The translations under genes and the position numbers were made by a program. A stretch of DNA of 64,000 nucleotides from Candidatus Peribacteria bacterium (GTDB taxonomy: Bacteria > Patescibacteriota > Gracilibacteria > Peribacterales > Peribacteraceae): the NCBI GenBank assembly GCA_018652265.1, contig JABICL010000039.1:7287-71286 (forward strand), in the 5' to 3' direction. Under the pieces are notes generated by a model that searched no databases, was not told where the DNA came from, and saw only the letters and a list, made by a program, of their open reading frames with translations. This document shows positions 49,859 through 59,898 of the stretch, piece after piece. Position 1 is the stretch's first letter; each line of letters starts with the position of its first letter.

Positions 49859-49885
49859 TTAGCAGTCTAAAACTGAGAGTGCTAA
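49859..49885 (+). promoter_or_regulatory. CIRCE operator (HrcA site), one mismatch
   Basis: TTAGCAGTC-N9-GAGTGCTAA, with an extra TTAGCACT half-site at 49850. Confidence 0.85.
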
Positions 49886-49930
49886 AGTAAATATGAAACA
49901 CATAAGCATTTAATTCGTTTTAAACACATT

Positions 49931-52537
49931 ATGCACCCATTCGATCGATTCACTCCAAACGCAAAACTAGCTCTACAAATCGCAGAACAAGAAGCAAAAA
50001 ACATGAAGTCTGCATACATAGGTACAGAACATTTATTGCTTGGACTTCTTAGTATTCCAAAATCTCTAGGATTTTCTATCCTTACAGGAGCTGGAGTAAC
50101 TCAAGAAAATGTTCGCATACTTCTAAAGGCAAACAAGATAAAAGATATAGAAGGACAAAACACAAAGCATGGTCTTTCTGCATATTTACATGATGTAATA
50201 GAGCAGAGCGTACTTACTGCTCATAAGTTCAGACATCCAAATGTAGGAACTGAGCATTTGTTACATGCACTAGTAACCGGGGAAAAGAATGCAGCAACAC
50301 TGCTATTTGAAAGTATGCAGGTAGATCCTTCTGATCTTAAGCTTCATATAGAAGAGATGTTTGGTCAGATAAGTGAATTTAAGCAGCAAAATAAGAACCT
50401 CGAATACTCTCTGGAAAATTTCTTCCAAGGACTTCAGGGAGCCATTGCAGGAATGCAAGGACAAATGGTGGAACCTGATGCACTACAAAGAAAAAAACAA
50501 ACTGGAAAAAGTAAAACTCCAGTTCTGGATTACTTCACTACAGATCTAATAGAAAAAGCTGCTACTGGAGATCTAGATCCAATTATAGGAAGAGATACAG
50601 AAATAGAACGAATGATTCACATCCTGAATCGTAAGACCAAAAACAATCCTATCCTTATAGGAGAACCAGGAGTAGGTAAGACTGCAGTTGTAGAAGGTCT
50701 TGCTCAGAGAATTGCGAAGGAGAACGTTCCAGGATCTCTAATAGGAAAAAGAGTTCTTATGCTTAATCTAGGATCTGTAATCGCTGGGACAAAATACAGA
50801 GGAGAGTTTGAACAAAGATTCGATGACATCATAAAAGAAGCAGGGGAGAGCGAAGGAGAATTAATTCTATTTATAGATGAAATTCACACTATCGTAGGAG
50901 CTGGGTCTGCAGAAGGATCACTAGATGCTGCAAATATTCTTAAGCCCGCTCTAAGTCGTGGAACATTACAAGTAATAGGTGCAACTACTACAGACGAATA
51001 TAGAAAATCAGTAGAAAAAGATCGAGCACTAGAAAGAAGGTTCCAATCAATACTGCTTGAGGAGCCAAGCGTAGAAGACAGCATACAAATTCTGCAAGGA
51101 CTCAAAAAATCTTATGAAGAATTCCATCACCTTTCTATAAGCGATGAGGCTATTTCTTCTTCTGTTAAACTCAGCAAAAGATATCTAACCGAGAAATATC
51201 TGCCAGATAAAGCCATAGATCTTCTAGATGAAGCTTCTGCATGGAGAGGGATTGCATCATCAGATGGACAATCAAAGATCAAACAAATTAAGAAAGAGTT
51301 GGAAAAAATTGAATCTACAAAAATAGCTGCAGTAAAAGAGCAAAAATATCACAAAGCACTTGAGCTCAGACAAAAAGAAGAAGATTTACAAAAAAGAATG
51401 GTAGAACTGCGCGGCCAAGGAGATGGAGATATGAGAAGTCCTATAACAATTACCGAAGATGACATCACAGCCATAATTTCTAAGATGACAAACATTCCTG
51501 TTACAAAACTAATGAAGACAGAAACCAAGAGATTACAATCTTTGGAATCAGTTCTTCATAAGAAAGTAGTAGGACAAGAAGATGCAATTTCACATGTATC
51601 TAAGGCTATTCGAAGAAGTAGAGTAGGTATATCAAACGCCAAAAGACCTATAGGAACATTCCTGTTCCTAGGGCCTACCGGAGTAGGAAAAACAGAACTT
51701 GTAAAACAGATAGCTTCCGAGATTTTCAATCGTGAAGATGCACTTATAAAGATAGATATGTCTGAGTTTATGGAAAGACATAATGTCTCTCGTCTTACTG
51801 GAACTACAGCAGGTTATGTAGGCTATGAAGAAGGTGGACAGCTTACAGAATCAGTAAGGAGAAAACCTTATTCTGTGGTGCTATTTGATGAAATAGAAAA
51901 AGCTCATCCAGATTTCTTCAATATTCTTCTTCAGATAATGGAAGATGGATGCCTTACAGATGGACAAGGAAAGAAGGTTGATTTCACAAATACTATTATA
52001 ATTATGACCAGTAATATCGGAGCAGATAAGCTAACAAAGCAAGCTGCAAAGATAGGATTCAAAGTCGAAGATACTCAAGCAGAAGACAAAGAATATGAAG
52101 AAAAGAAAAAAGAAGTTTTGAAAGAACTAAAAGGACACATGCGACCTGAGTTCTTAAATCGTCTAGATCATATAATTGTCTTTAATGCGCTTAATCAGAA
52201 ACAGATAATGAAGATTGTAGATCTCCACATTGGAGAACTTGCCAATCGTCTAAAAGAGAAAGACTTAGGCATGGAAGTCGACAAAAAAGTTATTTCATTC
52301 CTAGCAAAGGAAGGATTTGATCCTGATTATGGAGCAAGGCCAGTTAGACGAGTCGTTCAAGAAAAAATAGAAGACGGTATAGCAGAAAATATGCTTAGTG
52401 GAGCTTTCAAGAAAGGAGATACCATAAAGGTAGTCATGCAAGGAAAAGATAAAATTGATTTCATGCATGCAGAAAAGAAGAAGACTCCTACTAGAAAACC
52501 TAGAAAGACTAGCAAGGCTGCTTCTACATCCGCATAG
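49931..52537 (+). CDS. clpC: ATP-dependent Clp protease ATP-binding subunit ClpC
   Basis: Clp-N repeats, GEPGVGKT, UVR-like short middle domain, GPTGVGKT, IGF loop. Confidence 0.93.
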   Translation: MHPFDRFTPNAKLALQIAEQEAKNMKSAYIGTEHLLLGLLSIPKSLGFSILTGAGVTQENVRILLKANKIKDIEGQNTKHGLSAYLHDVIEQSVLTAHKFRHPNVGTEHLLHALVTGEKNAATLLFESMQVDPSDLKLHIEEMFGQISEFKQQNKNLEYSLENFFQGLQGAIAGMQGQMVEPDALQRKKQTGKSKTPVLDYFTTDLIEKAATGDLDPIIGRDTEIERMIHILNRKTKNNPILIGEPGVGKTAVVEGLAQRIAKENVPGSLIGKRVLMLNLGSVIAGTKYRGEFEQRFDDIIKEAGESEGELILFIDEIHTIVGAGSAEGSLDAANILKPALSRGTLQVIGATTTDEYRKSVEKDRALERRFQSILLEEPSVEDSIQILQGLKKSYEEFHHLSISDEAISSSVKLSKRYLTEKYLPDKAIDLLDEASAWRGIASSDGQSKIKQIKKELEKIESTKIAAVKEQKYHKALELRQKEEDLQKRMVELRGQGDGDMRSPITITEDDITAIISKMTNIPVTKLMKTETKRLQSLESVLHKKVVGQEDAISHVSKAIRRSRVGISNAKRPIGTFLFLGPTGVGKTELVKQIASEIFNREDALIKIDMSEFMERHNVSRLTGTTAGYVGYEEGGQLTESVRRKPYSVVLFDEIEKAHPDFFNILLQIMEDGCLTDGQGKKVDFTNTIIIMTSNIGADKLTKQAAKIGFKVEDTQAEDKEYEEKKKEVLKELKGHMRPEFLNRLDHIIVFNALNQKQIMKIVDLHIGELANRLKEKDLGMEVDKKVISFLAKEGFDPDYGARPVRRVVQEKIEDGIAENMLSGAFKKGDTIKVVMQGKDKIDFMHAEKKKTPTRKPRKTSKAASTSA

Positions 52538-52539
52538 GA

Positions 52540-52685
52540 CGCTCGCGTACGTACGATGGCATTATTGCGACGAAATCAGTGTAACTGAGTCAATTCCATC
52601 TGTATTCGAACTTGTATAGCTACATTTCTTGTTCTGTTGGTTACAATTGATTTCTTACGCAAAATGACCATCAGTACGCTCGCTA
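52540..52685 (-). repeat. Divergent family A repeat, core type 3
   Basis: Same TGCGTAAGAAATC...GATTTCGTCGCA inner arms, altered but still complementary outer stems. Confidence 0.8.
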
Positions 52686-52725
52686 AAAATGTATGTCATG
52701 CTTTTGTCATCCTGAGATTGTCGAA

Positions 52726-53112
52726 TTAAAAATTCCGCTTTATAAACATTCTAAGAATTTCAGTAGCAGCTTGAGCATTTGGGTCTTTGCTTTTTTGTAG
52801 TTGCGGCATGTTACTAGTACCTCTTTCATCTATAAATTCTATAGCACTTTCCGGGCACTTTTCTTTTATAAGCTCTGCAACTATTTTTGTATATCTAGTC
52901 TGTTCACTTTCTTCGCCACTCATAAAAAGTGGCATTCCTATAACTAGGATAGATATTTCCCTTTCTTTTACCAGTACAGACACTGCCTCAACTAGCTCTT
53001 CCACTTCTTCGTGATCAATAGTATCTAAGGGCATTGCAAGCTTAATTTCGGTATCACAATAAGCAACACCTGTGTGTCTTTTGCCTACATCGAGAGATAG
53101 TATCTTTTGCAT
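52726..53112 (-). CDS. ruvX: Holliday junction resolvase-like / pre-16S rRNA nuclease YqgF
   Basis: ILSLDVGKRHTGVA, VIGMP, FIDERGTS. Confidence 0.9.
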   Translation of the reverse strand: MQKILSLDVGKRHTGVAYCDTEIKLAMPLDTIDHEEVEELVEAVSVLVKEREISILVIGMPLFMSGEESEQTRYTKIVAELIKEKCPESAIEFIDERGTSNMPQLQKSKDPNAQAATEILRMFIKRNF

Positions 53113-53379
53113 CTACTTTCCGATTTTATTTACAGCCTTACTCATAGTAGATTTTCTTCTATCTGCTGTTTTACCATTTATTATATTTTTCTTTGCTGCT
53201 GTATCTACTGCTTTAAATGCTTCTGGAAGTATCTTCTCTGCCTCTTCTTTTTTACCCTCCTTTGCCAAAGCCATCACTTTCTTTACCATTGTCTTCATGT
53301 GACTACGGTATGGAAGCAGGCGCTCTGTGCGTCTCTTTGTTTGTTTTACCCTTTTTATGGCTGATTTGATAATTGGCAT
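53113..53379 (-). CDS. rpsT: 30S ribosomal protein S20
   Basis: MPIIKSAIKRVKQ...DTAAKKNII..KTADRRKS. Confidence 0.96.
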   Translation of the reverse strand: MPIIKSAIKRVKQTKRRTERLLPYRSHMKTMVKKVMALAKEGKKEEAEKILPEAFKAVDTAAKKNIINGKTADRRKSTMSKAVNKIGK

Positions 53380-53442
53380 ACCAGAGGATATTAGGGAAAT
53401 ATTGCGTAATTGCAAGAATAGAAACAGGTTTTTGGGAACTAG

Positions 53443-53664
53443 GTAGCAAGCGTGCAGGCGGTATTATCCTGTTCTAGCCATCAAACTTAGCAAGCATGCC
53501 GTTTCATATTGCGTAAGCGATCTTTCAGCAGTCACGTTCCTTATTCGAATAAAACCACAAATTTAACCGTACCAGATAAAGTTGAGCTGCGTTGATCGCG
53601 ACGCAATATGAAACATTCAGCATGCGAGCGGACCTTATTCAGAATAAAAATTAAGCACGCGAGC
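53443..53664 (+). repeat. Family A shell enclosing a second divergent family A element (53488-53631)
   Basis: Outer GTAGCAAGCGTGCAGGCGG...TTAAGCACGCGAGC; inner TAGCAAGCATGC...GCATGCGAGCGG. Confidence 0.8.
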
Positions 53665-53668
53665 AGCT

Positions 53669-55603
53669 CTATATACAAGACACAGGATCCACATCGATCT
53701 TGCACCCAAATCTAGAGGCTCCTTTTATCATGCCTCTAGCATTTTTCCCTCGCACAATTACGTACCAAACTTTTCCACCCTGGAATATAGACTTCATACG
53801 CGAGATTTTGGATTCTCCCGATTTATTTTTTTTTATCAAACTTTTTACAAATTCACCACTTTTCAAGCTTGCATCATCACCAGAAAATATAAAACTTATC
53901 ATTTGTGAATCTGGCGGATAGTGTGATGATTTTCTATTTGCGATCTCTTTTTCTAAATACTCTTTAACTTGCATTTTGGATGACATTTCTATTTCAAATG
54001 ATTTTGGACTAAAAGATTGAATAACAACTTCTGCATTTTCTTTATTTACCAATTTGCTCACAATTTGCACAAGTAATTGAAACACCCTTTCTCCAGCACG
54101 AAAATGAGGAAGACTAAGGCCTATATCTGCAACTACAACAGAAGCTAAAGTTACATTCGGAATGCTAAGCATTCTTATAACAGATTGTGTACCTACAATT
54201 ATATCTATATCTTCATCATTTATTTTTTTATAAGCTTCTCTGAATTTCTTAGGAGAAGTAACAGTATCTGAATCTATTCGAAAAACTTTCGCTGATGGAA
54301 ATACTTCTTTTAGCAAGTTTTCTATTCGCTGTGTTCCAGCTCCTATTTCTTTCAAATCAACAGATCCACAATTTGTGCAACCTGCAGGAATTTCAATCTT
54401 TTCTCCAGTTTTATTGGATACCATATATGACTGATCAGAACTTTTGTGAACTGCATATGGAAGCCCTGTTTCACTGTCTTCGAATCTAAATCTGCAATCC
54501 TTACACATAAGTGAAGTTGCAAAACCTTTTTTATTTAGAAGCAGTACAGACTTCTCTTTTTTCTCTATTCTATTTTTTATTGCATGTATCAGAGTAGGGG
54601 ACAGTGGATAATATTTTCCAAAATCAACCTGCATCATATCTACAACTTTTACATTTTTTATATCACTTAAATTTGCATTATCTTTTATTTCTACAAGCTC
54701 ATATTTACCTTCTTGTATTTTATGCCAACTACCAACAGAAGGACTCGAGCTTCCTAACACTAATTTAATGTCTCCATTCACATCACACATATGTTCTGCA
54801 GCTTGAATTGCATTATATCTAGGCGTTTGTTCATTTTTATAAGTCCATTCGTGTTCATCATTTACTATGATAAGCCCTAGATTTTCTACAGGTGCAAATA
54901 GAGCAGACCTAGTTCCTAGAACCAATTTTGTCTGTCCAGAGATACATTTTTGCCACTGCTTTCTACGACAGGCAGGCGTAATTTTTCCATGAATTACTGA
55001 TATATAATTTTCATCTACAATTTTTTTAAATTCATTAAATGCATTTTCTACTCCTGATAATTCAGGTAGCAAAATAATTGCTGATTTTCCTTTTTTTACT
55101 ACGTCCAAAATAAGTGATTTATAAATTTTAAATTTATCTTCAGAAAAAAGTAATGATGGCTTTTGAGATATTAAAATAGATTCAAATGCAGCATTTTCTG
55201 AGGGAATTAAATCAACATAATCTTTTAAAGCAATACTATCCACTGACCACTGGCCACTAACCACTTGCACAAACTTGCTCCACTGTTTACCGGGCAAGAA
55301 AGGGGAAAGCGAGCTCCTTAAATTACATACATAGTAATCGGAAATCCACTTAGCAATTTCTATGTGACACTTATTTAAAACCACTTTGTCGCTAACCACC
55401 TCTACAACTTCTCTTATATCAAAATTTGCAGAAGGCTTTTCTTTCGTTATTTCTATAACAATTCCTTCTACTATATTTCCTCTAAGTGGAACTCTAACTA
55501 TGCATCCCACTTGTACATTTAATTCTTCACTATAAGAATAGGTAAGACCATTGCCGATACCATTCTGCTTAGATGTTGTTATTACAGTCAAATAATTCAT
55601 CAA
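53669..55603 (-). CDS. priA: Primosomal protein N' (degenerate helicase motifs)
   Basis: N-terminal 3'-binding domain, GTRSALFAP, YKNEQTPRY, GAGTQRIE, LSLPHFRAGER. Confidence 0.9.
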   Translation of the reverse strand: MMNYLTVITTSKQNGIGNGLTYSYSEELNVQVGCIVRVPLRGNIVEGIVIEITKEKPSANFDIREVVEVVSDKVVLNKCHIEIAKWISDYYVCNLRSSLSPFLPGKQWSKFVQVVSGQWSVDSIALKDYVDLIPSENAAFESILISQKPSLLFSEDKFKIYKSLILDVVKKGKSAIILLPELSGVENAFNEFKKIVDENYISVIHGKITPACRRKQWQKCISGQTKLVLGTRSALFAPVENLGLIIVNDEHEWTYKNEQTPRYNAIQAAEHMCDVNGDIKLVLGSSSPSVGSWHKIQEGKYELVEIKDNANLSDIKNVKVVDMMQVDFGKYYPLSPTLIHAIKNRIEKKEKSVLLLNKKGFATSLMCKDCRFRFEDSETGLPYAVHKSSDQSYMVSNKTGEKIEIPAGCTNCGSVDLKEIGAGTQRIENLLKEVFPSAKVFRIDSDTVTSPKKFREAYKKINDEDIDIIVGTQSVIRMLSIPNVTLASVVVADIGLSLPHFRAGERVFQLLVQIVSKLVNKENAEVVIQSFSPKSFEIEMSSKMQVKEYLEKEIANRKSSHYPPDSQMISFIFSGDDASLKSGEFVKSLIKKNKSGESKISRMKSIFQGGKVWYVIVRGKNARGMIKGASRFGCKIDVDPVSCI

Positions 55604-55615
55604 ATCTGATCGGAG

Positions 55616-55701
55616 AAAATTTAAAATTTTAAATGTTAAATTTTAAAACATCTCTAAGCGTACACAGTATATTTAAAATTTAAAATTTATAATTTAAAAT
55701 T
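55616..55701. repeat. AT-rich heptamer tandem inverted repeat
   Basis: AAAATTT-type units on both sides of a 20-nt spacer. Confidence 0.6.
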
Positions 55702-55757
55702 ATCTCTGAAATACTAAATCTACGCAGTATTTGCCAATAAATATTATTAGCAGTTAT

Positions 55758-55798
55758 TTGACACTCCGAAATTAGCACTCTAGAATATCGAGTGCTAA
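55758..55798 (+). promoter_or_regulatory. Sigma-70 promoter overlapped by a perfect CIRCE operator
   Basis: TTGACA(55758)-N17-TAGAAT(55781); TTAGCACTC-N9-GAGTGCTAA at 55772-55798. Confidence 0.93.
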
Positions 55799-55802
55799 TT
55801 CC

Positions 55803-55891
55803 GCTTTCCTCGAGTGAGGCTTCTCGCAAGAAGCTGAATCGAGAGGCAGCCTCTCCACTCATCCGCCTCGGCGGACTCGGTCGAGGAGAGC
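55803..55891 (+). repeat. Family C repeat in the dnaK 5' UTR
   Basis: GCTTTCCTCGAGTGAG...GAATCGAGAGG...CTCTCCACTC...CTCGGTCGAGGAGAGC. Confidence 0.85.
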
Positions 55892-55914
55892 ATATATCTT
55901 ACCAACGAATTACC

Positions 55915-57819
55915 ATGCCAAAAGCTATAGGAATCGACCTCGGAACCACAAATTCATGTATGGCCTTTATAGAAGGAGGTGAGCCTGCAGTAATCCCAAA
56001 TGCAGAGGGGAATCGTACTACGCCTTCTGTAGTCGCTATAAAAGACTCAGAAAGACTCGTAGGAGTGTCTGCAAAGCGTCAGGCTGTCACAAATCCAAAA
56101 GATACTGTCTTTTCTTCTAAGAGATTCATAGGTCACACCTATAAGGAAATAGAGAAAGACATAAAAAAAATTCCTTTCGAAATGGGAGAAGGCAAGGGCG
56201 GAAGAGCAACGATTAAATTAGATGGAACAGATAATCTGCCACAGGCAATTTCTGCAATGATCTTGGGCAAACTCAAAAAAGATGCAGAAGAATATATAGG
56301 AGATACAGTAGATAAAGCAGTTATAACAGTTCCTGCTTATTTCAATGACTCACAAAGACAAGCAACTAAAGAGGCTGGAGAAATTGCAGGACTAGAAGTC
56401 CTTAGAATAATAAACGAACCAACTGCAGCAGCCCTCGCATATGGGCTAGACAAAGGTCACGATGAAAAGATCATTGTATATGATCTAGGAGGAGGAACTT
56501 TTGATGTATCTGTACTAGAGCTTGGTGATGGAGTATTCGAAGTAATTGCAACAAATGGTGACACTCATCTTGGTGGTGATGATTTTGACAATGCAATAAT
56601 CGATTGGCTTGCAGAAGAATTCAAGAAAGATCAAGGAGTTGATCTACATGGAGATGCGGTAGCAATGCAACGATTAAAAGAAGGCGCAGAAAAAGCAAAG
56701 ATAGAACTTAGCTCAGCCACAGAAACAGAAATCAATTTGCCATTTATAACCGCAGACAGCTCTGGTCCAAAACATTTGAATATAAAACTCTCTAGATCAA
56801 AAATGGAAGCACTAATAGGTGATCTAATAGAAAGAACAGCAGGACCATGTGAACAAGCACTAAAAGATGCTGGAATAAGCAAGGATGAGATAGACGAAGT
56901 AGTACTAGTAGGTGGAATGACACGAATGCCAGCAGTTCATGCAAAAGTAAAAGAATTATTTGGCAAAGAACCACACAAAGGAGTAAATCCAGATGAAGTA
57001 GTAGCGATAGGCGCAGCAATACAAGCTGGAGTTCAATCTGGAGATATAGATAAAGATCTAGTTCTTGTAGATGTAACTCCACTTAGCCTAGGAATAGAAA
57101 CACTTGGAGGAGTTTGCACGAAACTTATAGAGAAAAATACAAAGATCCCTACAAGTAAATCTCAAGTCTTTTCTACAGCAGCAGACAATCAACCATCTGT
57201 AGAAGTACATGTAGCACAAGGAGAACGCGAAATGGCATCAGACAATAAATCTCTTGGTAGATTTATATTGGATGGGATACCTCCTGCTCCACGTGGAATT
57301 CCTCAGGTAGAAGTAACCTTCGACATAGATTCGAATGGGATTCTAAATGTAAAAGCAAAAGATAAAGGCACAGGAAAAGAACAAAATATAGTTATACAAG
57401 GATCAACAGGTCTTTCTGATGAAGAAGTAGAGAAGATGAAAAAAGATGCAGAGCTACACGCAGAAGAAGACAAGCAAAAGAAGGAAGGGGTAGATATAAG
57501 AAACCAAGCAGATGCACTTATATTTAATCTGGAAAAACAAATGCGAGAACATGATGCAAAGATTCCAGATGATGTGAAGAAGCAAGTAAATACTGATGTC
57601 ACTGCCTTGAAAGATCTTCTAAAAGATGAAAATGCGACCAATGAGCAGATAAAAAACGCTACCGAAATGTTGGGTCAACATGCTCAGAAGATTGGAGAAG
57701 TTATTTACAAAGAAGCAAACGAAGCAGAAGCAGCAAAAGGATCCGAAGAGAAGAAAGAAGATGTCGTAGATGCTGAAGTCGTTGAGGAGGATAAGAAAGA
57801 TGATGATAAGAAAAATTAA
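55915..57819 (+). CDS. dnaK: Molecular chaperone DnaK
   Basis: [28 protein letters not shown]; start placed at MPKAIG. Confidence 0.98.
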   Translation: MPKAIGIDLGTTNSCMAFIEGGEPAVIPNAEGNRTTPSVVAIKDSERLVGVSAKRQAVTNPKDTVFSSKRFIGHTYKEIEKDIKKIPFEMGEGKGGRATIKLDGTDNLPQAISAMILGKLKKDAEEYIGDTVDKAVITVPAYFNDSQRQATKEAGEIAGLEVLRIINEPTAAALAYGLDKGHDEKIIVYDLGGGTFDVSVLELGDGVFEVIATNGDTHLGGDDFDNAIIDWLAEEFKKDQGVDLHGDAVAMQRLKEGAEKAKIELSSATETEINLPFITADSSGPKHLNIKLSRSKMEALIGDLIERTAGPCEQALKDAGISKDEIDEVVLVGGMTRMPAVHAKVKELFGKEPHKGVNPDEVVAIGAAIQAGVQSGDIDKDLVLVDVTPLSLGIETLGGVCTKLIEKNTKIPTSKSQVFSTAADNQPSVEVHVAQGEREMASDNKSLGRFILDGIPPAPRGIPQVEVTFDIDSNGILNVKAKDKGTGKEQNIVIQGSTGLSDEEVEKMKKDAELHAEEDKQKKEGVDIRNQADALIFNLEKQMREHDAKIPDDVKKQVNTDVTALKDLLKDENATNEQIKNATEMLGQHAQKIGEVIYKEANEAEAAKGSEEKKEDVVDAEVVEEDKKDDDKKN

Positions 57820-57911
57820 GCTTTCCTCGAGTGAGTCAGTCGCGGCTGACGAATCGAGAGGTTTTCTTTACAATCTCTCCACTCGCTCTGAAGAGCTCGG
57901 TCGAGAAGAGC
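57820..57911 (+). repeat. Family C repeat directly after the dnaK stop
   Basis: Same scaffold as 55803-55891 with different apical hairpins. Confidence 0.85.
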
Positions 57912-57919
57912 ACTAATTA

Positions 57920-58894
57920 CTATCCAACAATCTTAGCTAACTCTACAAGCCTACAGCTGTAACCCCACTCGTTGTCATACCAGCCAAGAACTTTAACGAG
58001 TGTTGAATTGCCTTCCGAGATCACCTTTGTAGACATTCCATCTACTATGCAGCTTCTGGAATCTCCTACAAAGTCCTTGAGGACTAGTGGCCTTGGCTCA
58101 TAGCCCAAAATTCCTTTCATAGGACCGTTTGCAGCAGCTTCGAAAGCTTTGTTTACCTCTTCTGCACTAGTGTCTTTACTTACCGTAACAGTTAGATCTG
58201 TAATACTTCCTGTAGGAGTAGGCACACGCACAGACATTCCATCTAATTTTCCTGCGAGCTCTGGCATTACAAGCCCTACTGCTTTTGCAGCTCCAGTAGT
58301 TGTAGGAATCATGTTTTCAGCTGCACTTCTTGCACGACGAAGATCTGAGTGAGGTAGATCAAGAAGTCGCTGATCATTTGTATAACTATGAATAGTTGTC
58401 ATGAATCCTTGTTCTACTGTGAAGTTTTCGTGTAACACCTTCACCATAGGAGCAAGACAATTCGTAGTACACGAAGCATTAGATAAAACCTCCATACTTG
58501 AATCATATTTATCATCATTTACTCCTATACAAAAAGTTCCATCCACATCTCCTTTAGCAGGAGCAGAGATTATTACTTTCTTAGCTCCAGCCTCCAGATG
58601 TTTTGCTGCCGCTTCTCTTGTCCGGAAAACTCCTGTGCACTCTAGAACCACATCTACTTTTAGCTCAGAGTGGGGGAGAGCTGTTGGATCTTTTTCTGCA
58701 GTCATTTTTACTCCGCTAAATGCACTCGAATTCTCATATTTCCCATATGTGGAATCGAATTCAAACAAATGCTTAAGAGTTTCATCATCTGTGAGGTCAT
58801 TTATGAGAACCACCTTCATATCTGGGTGCTCTTCTAGAATTATTCTGTATACCTGTCTTCCTATTCGGCCGAAGCCGTTGATTGCAATATTCAT
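57920..58894 (-). CDS. gap: Glyceraldehyde-3-phosphate dehydrogenase (type I)
   Basis: INGFGRIGR, SNASCTTNCLAP, WYDNEWGYS. Confidence 0.98.
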   Translation of the reverse strand: MNIAINGFGRIGRQVYRIILEEHPDMKVVLINDLTDDETLKHLFEFDSTYGKYENSSAFSGVKMTAEKDPTALPHSELKVDVVLECTGVFRTREAAAKHLEAGAKKVIISAPAKGDVDGTFCIGVNDDKYDSSMEVLSNASCTTNCLAPMVKVLHENFTVEQGFMTTIHSYTNDQRLLDLPHSDLRRARSAAENMIPTTTGAAKAVGLVMPELAGKLDGMSVRVPTPTGSITDLTVTVSKDTSAEEVNKAFEAAANGPMKGILGYEPRPLVLKDFVGDSRSCIVDGMSTKVISEGNSTLVKVLGWYDNEWGYSCRLVELAKIVG

Positions 58895-58929
58895 ACCTAT
58901 ACTTTATCACAAAATTTTGTATCTCAAAT

Positions 58930-59038
58930 GTAGCAAGCGTGCAGGTGGTATTTTGCGTAAGAAATCATTCTTGGGTACCAATATATGATCAATCCCATGT
59001 TGATTTCATCGCATATACCACCTTAAGCACGCGAGCGG
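58930..59038 (+). repeat. Family A repeat, core type 2 (supplies the nfo stop codon)
   Basis: Near-identical to 59899-60007. Confidence 0.9.
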
Positions 59039-59862
59039 GGCGCATCGTACTCTCCTTTAAGCACCAAAGTATCTTCTTCCAAACTAGGTGATTCACAAAT
59101 CAGCACTCCTCCTATATTTCTATCTTTAAGTACACCCACAAATTCTTTCCAGTTCGCATCACTTTCCTCAAACACAAGATGCTTTCTTTCTCCCTTTTCA
59201 CCATATTCAATGCCAGAATAATGCATATGCATATTAGACAAAGATTCCTCGCCTAAATATTTGGCATAAGTATCAAATAGCTGATTCCATTCTTCTTTTG
59301 AATTCCACATACCTTTGTATCTTGCGTGGATGTGAGCGAAATCAACACAAGGATACATATCAAATTCTTTGCCAAGTTCTAGAAGCTCTTCTAGAGTTCC
59401 AAACTGCGTTCCTTTTCCCATTGTTTCATATGCCAGATTCACATCTGGAAAATATTTATCTTTCTTATCTAGAATATCTTCAGTAGCATTTCTTACATTC
59501 TCGTACACATCAGTAGGATCCATGCCCAAGTAAAACGCTGAGTGAACACATACAGACTTAGCCCCACATATCTGCGCCATTGTGAGAGCTTGAAGTATTC
59601 GCTGCTTACTTTTTTCTAATTTCTCTTCTTCTTTTGCATTTAAGTTAACATAATACGGAGCATGAACAGTTAAAACTATATCTAGTTCCCGAGCTTTCCT
59701 TCCAACTTCTTCAATATGTTCAGTGTTCAGTGGAACTCTCTGTACCCATTCAAGTTCCATAGCATTTATTCCAAGCTCATGTGCTCTTTCAAGTCCTTTC
59801 AAAGTTCCACTAGGAGAAGGGGTTGAATGTGGCGAGCCTGCAACAGCAATACGTAGTGACAT
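59023..59862 (-). CDS. nfo: Endonuclease IV-like TIM-barrel AP endonuclease
   Basis: HAPYYVNL, ETMGK..QFG.LEE, DFAHIHAR, HMHYSGI, ICESP. Confidence 0.88.
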   Translation of the reverse strand: MSLRIAVAGSPHSTPSPSGTLKGLERAHELGINAMELEWVQRVPLNTEHIEEVGRKARELDIVLTVHAPYYVNLNAKEEEKLEKSKQRILQALTMAQICGAKSVCVHSAFYLGMDPTDVYENVRNATEDILDKKDKYFPDVNLAYETMGKGTQFGTLEELLELGKEFDMYPCVDFAHIHARYKGMWNSKEEWNQLFDTYAKYLGEESLSNMHMHYSGIEYGEKGERKHLVFEESDANWKEFVGVLKDRNIGGVLICESPSLEEDTLVLKGEYDAPRSRA

Positions 59863-59898
59863 CTAGTCTTATCATAGATCTCAAATTTCAAAACTCAA

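Noticed and set aside
55792..55914. 41-aa N-terminal extension of DnaK in the ORF track
   Set aside because: The GTG lies inside the CIRCE operator and the extension is repeat sequence. Homology starts at MPKAIG.
58401..58988. 195-aa ORF antisense to gap, and similar shadow ORFs opposite metG, dnaK, clpC and the tRNAs
   Set aside because: They overlap well-supported genes on the other strand and show no motifs.
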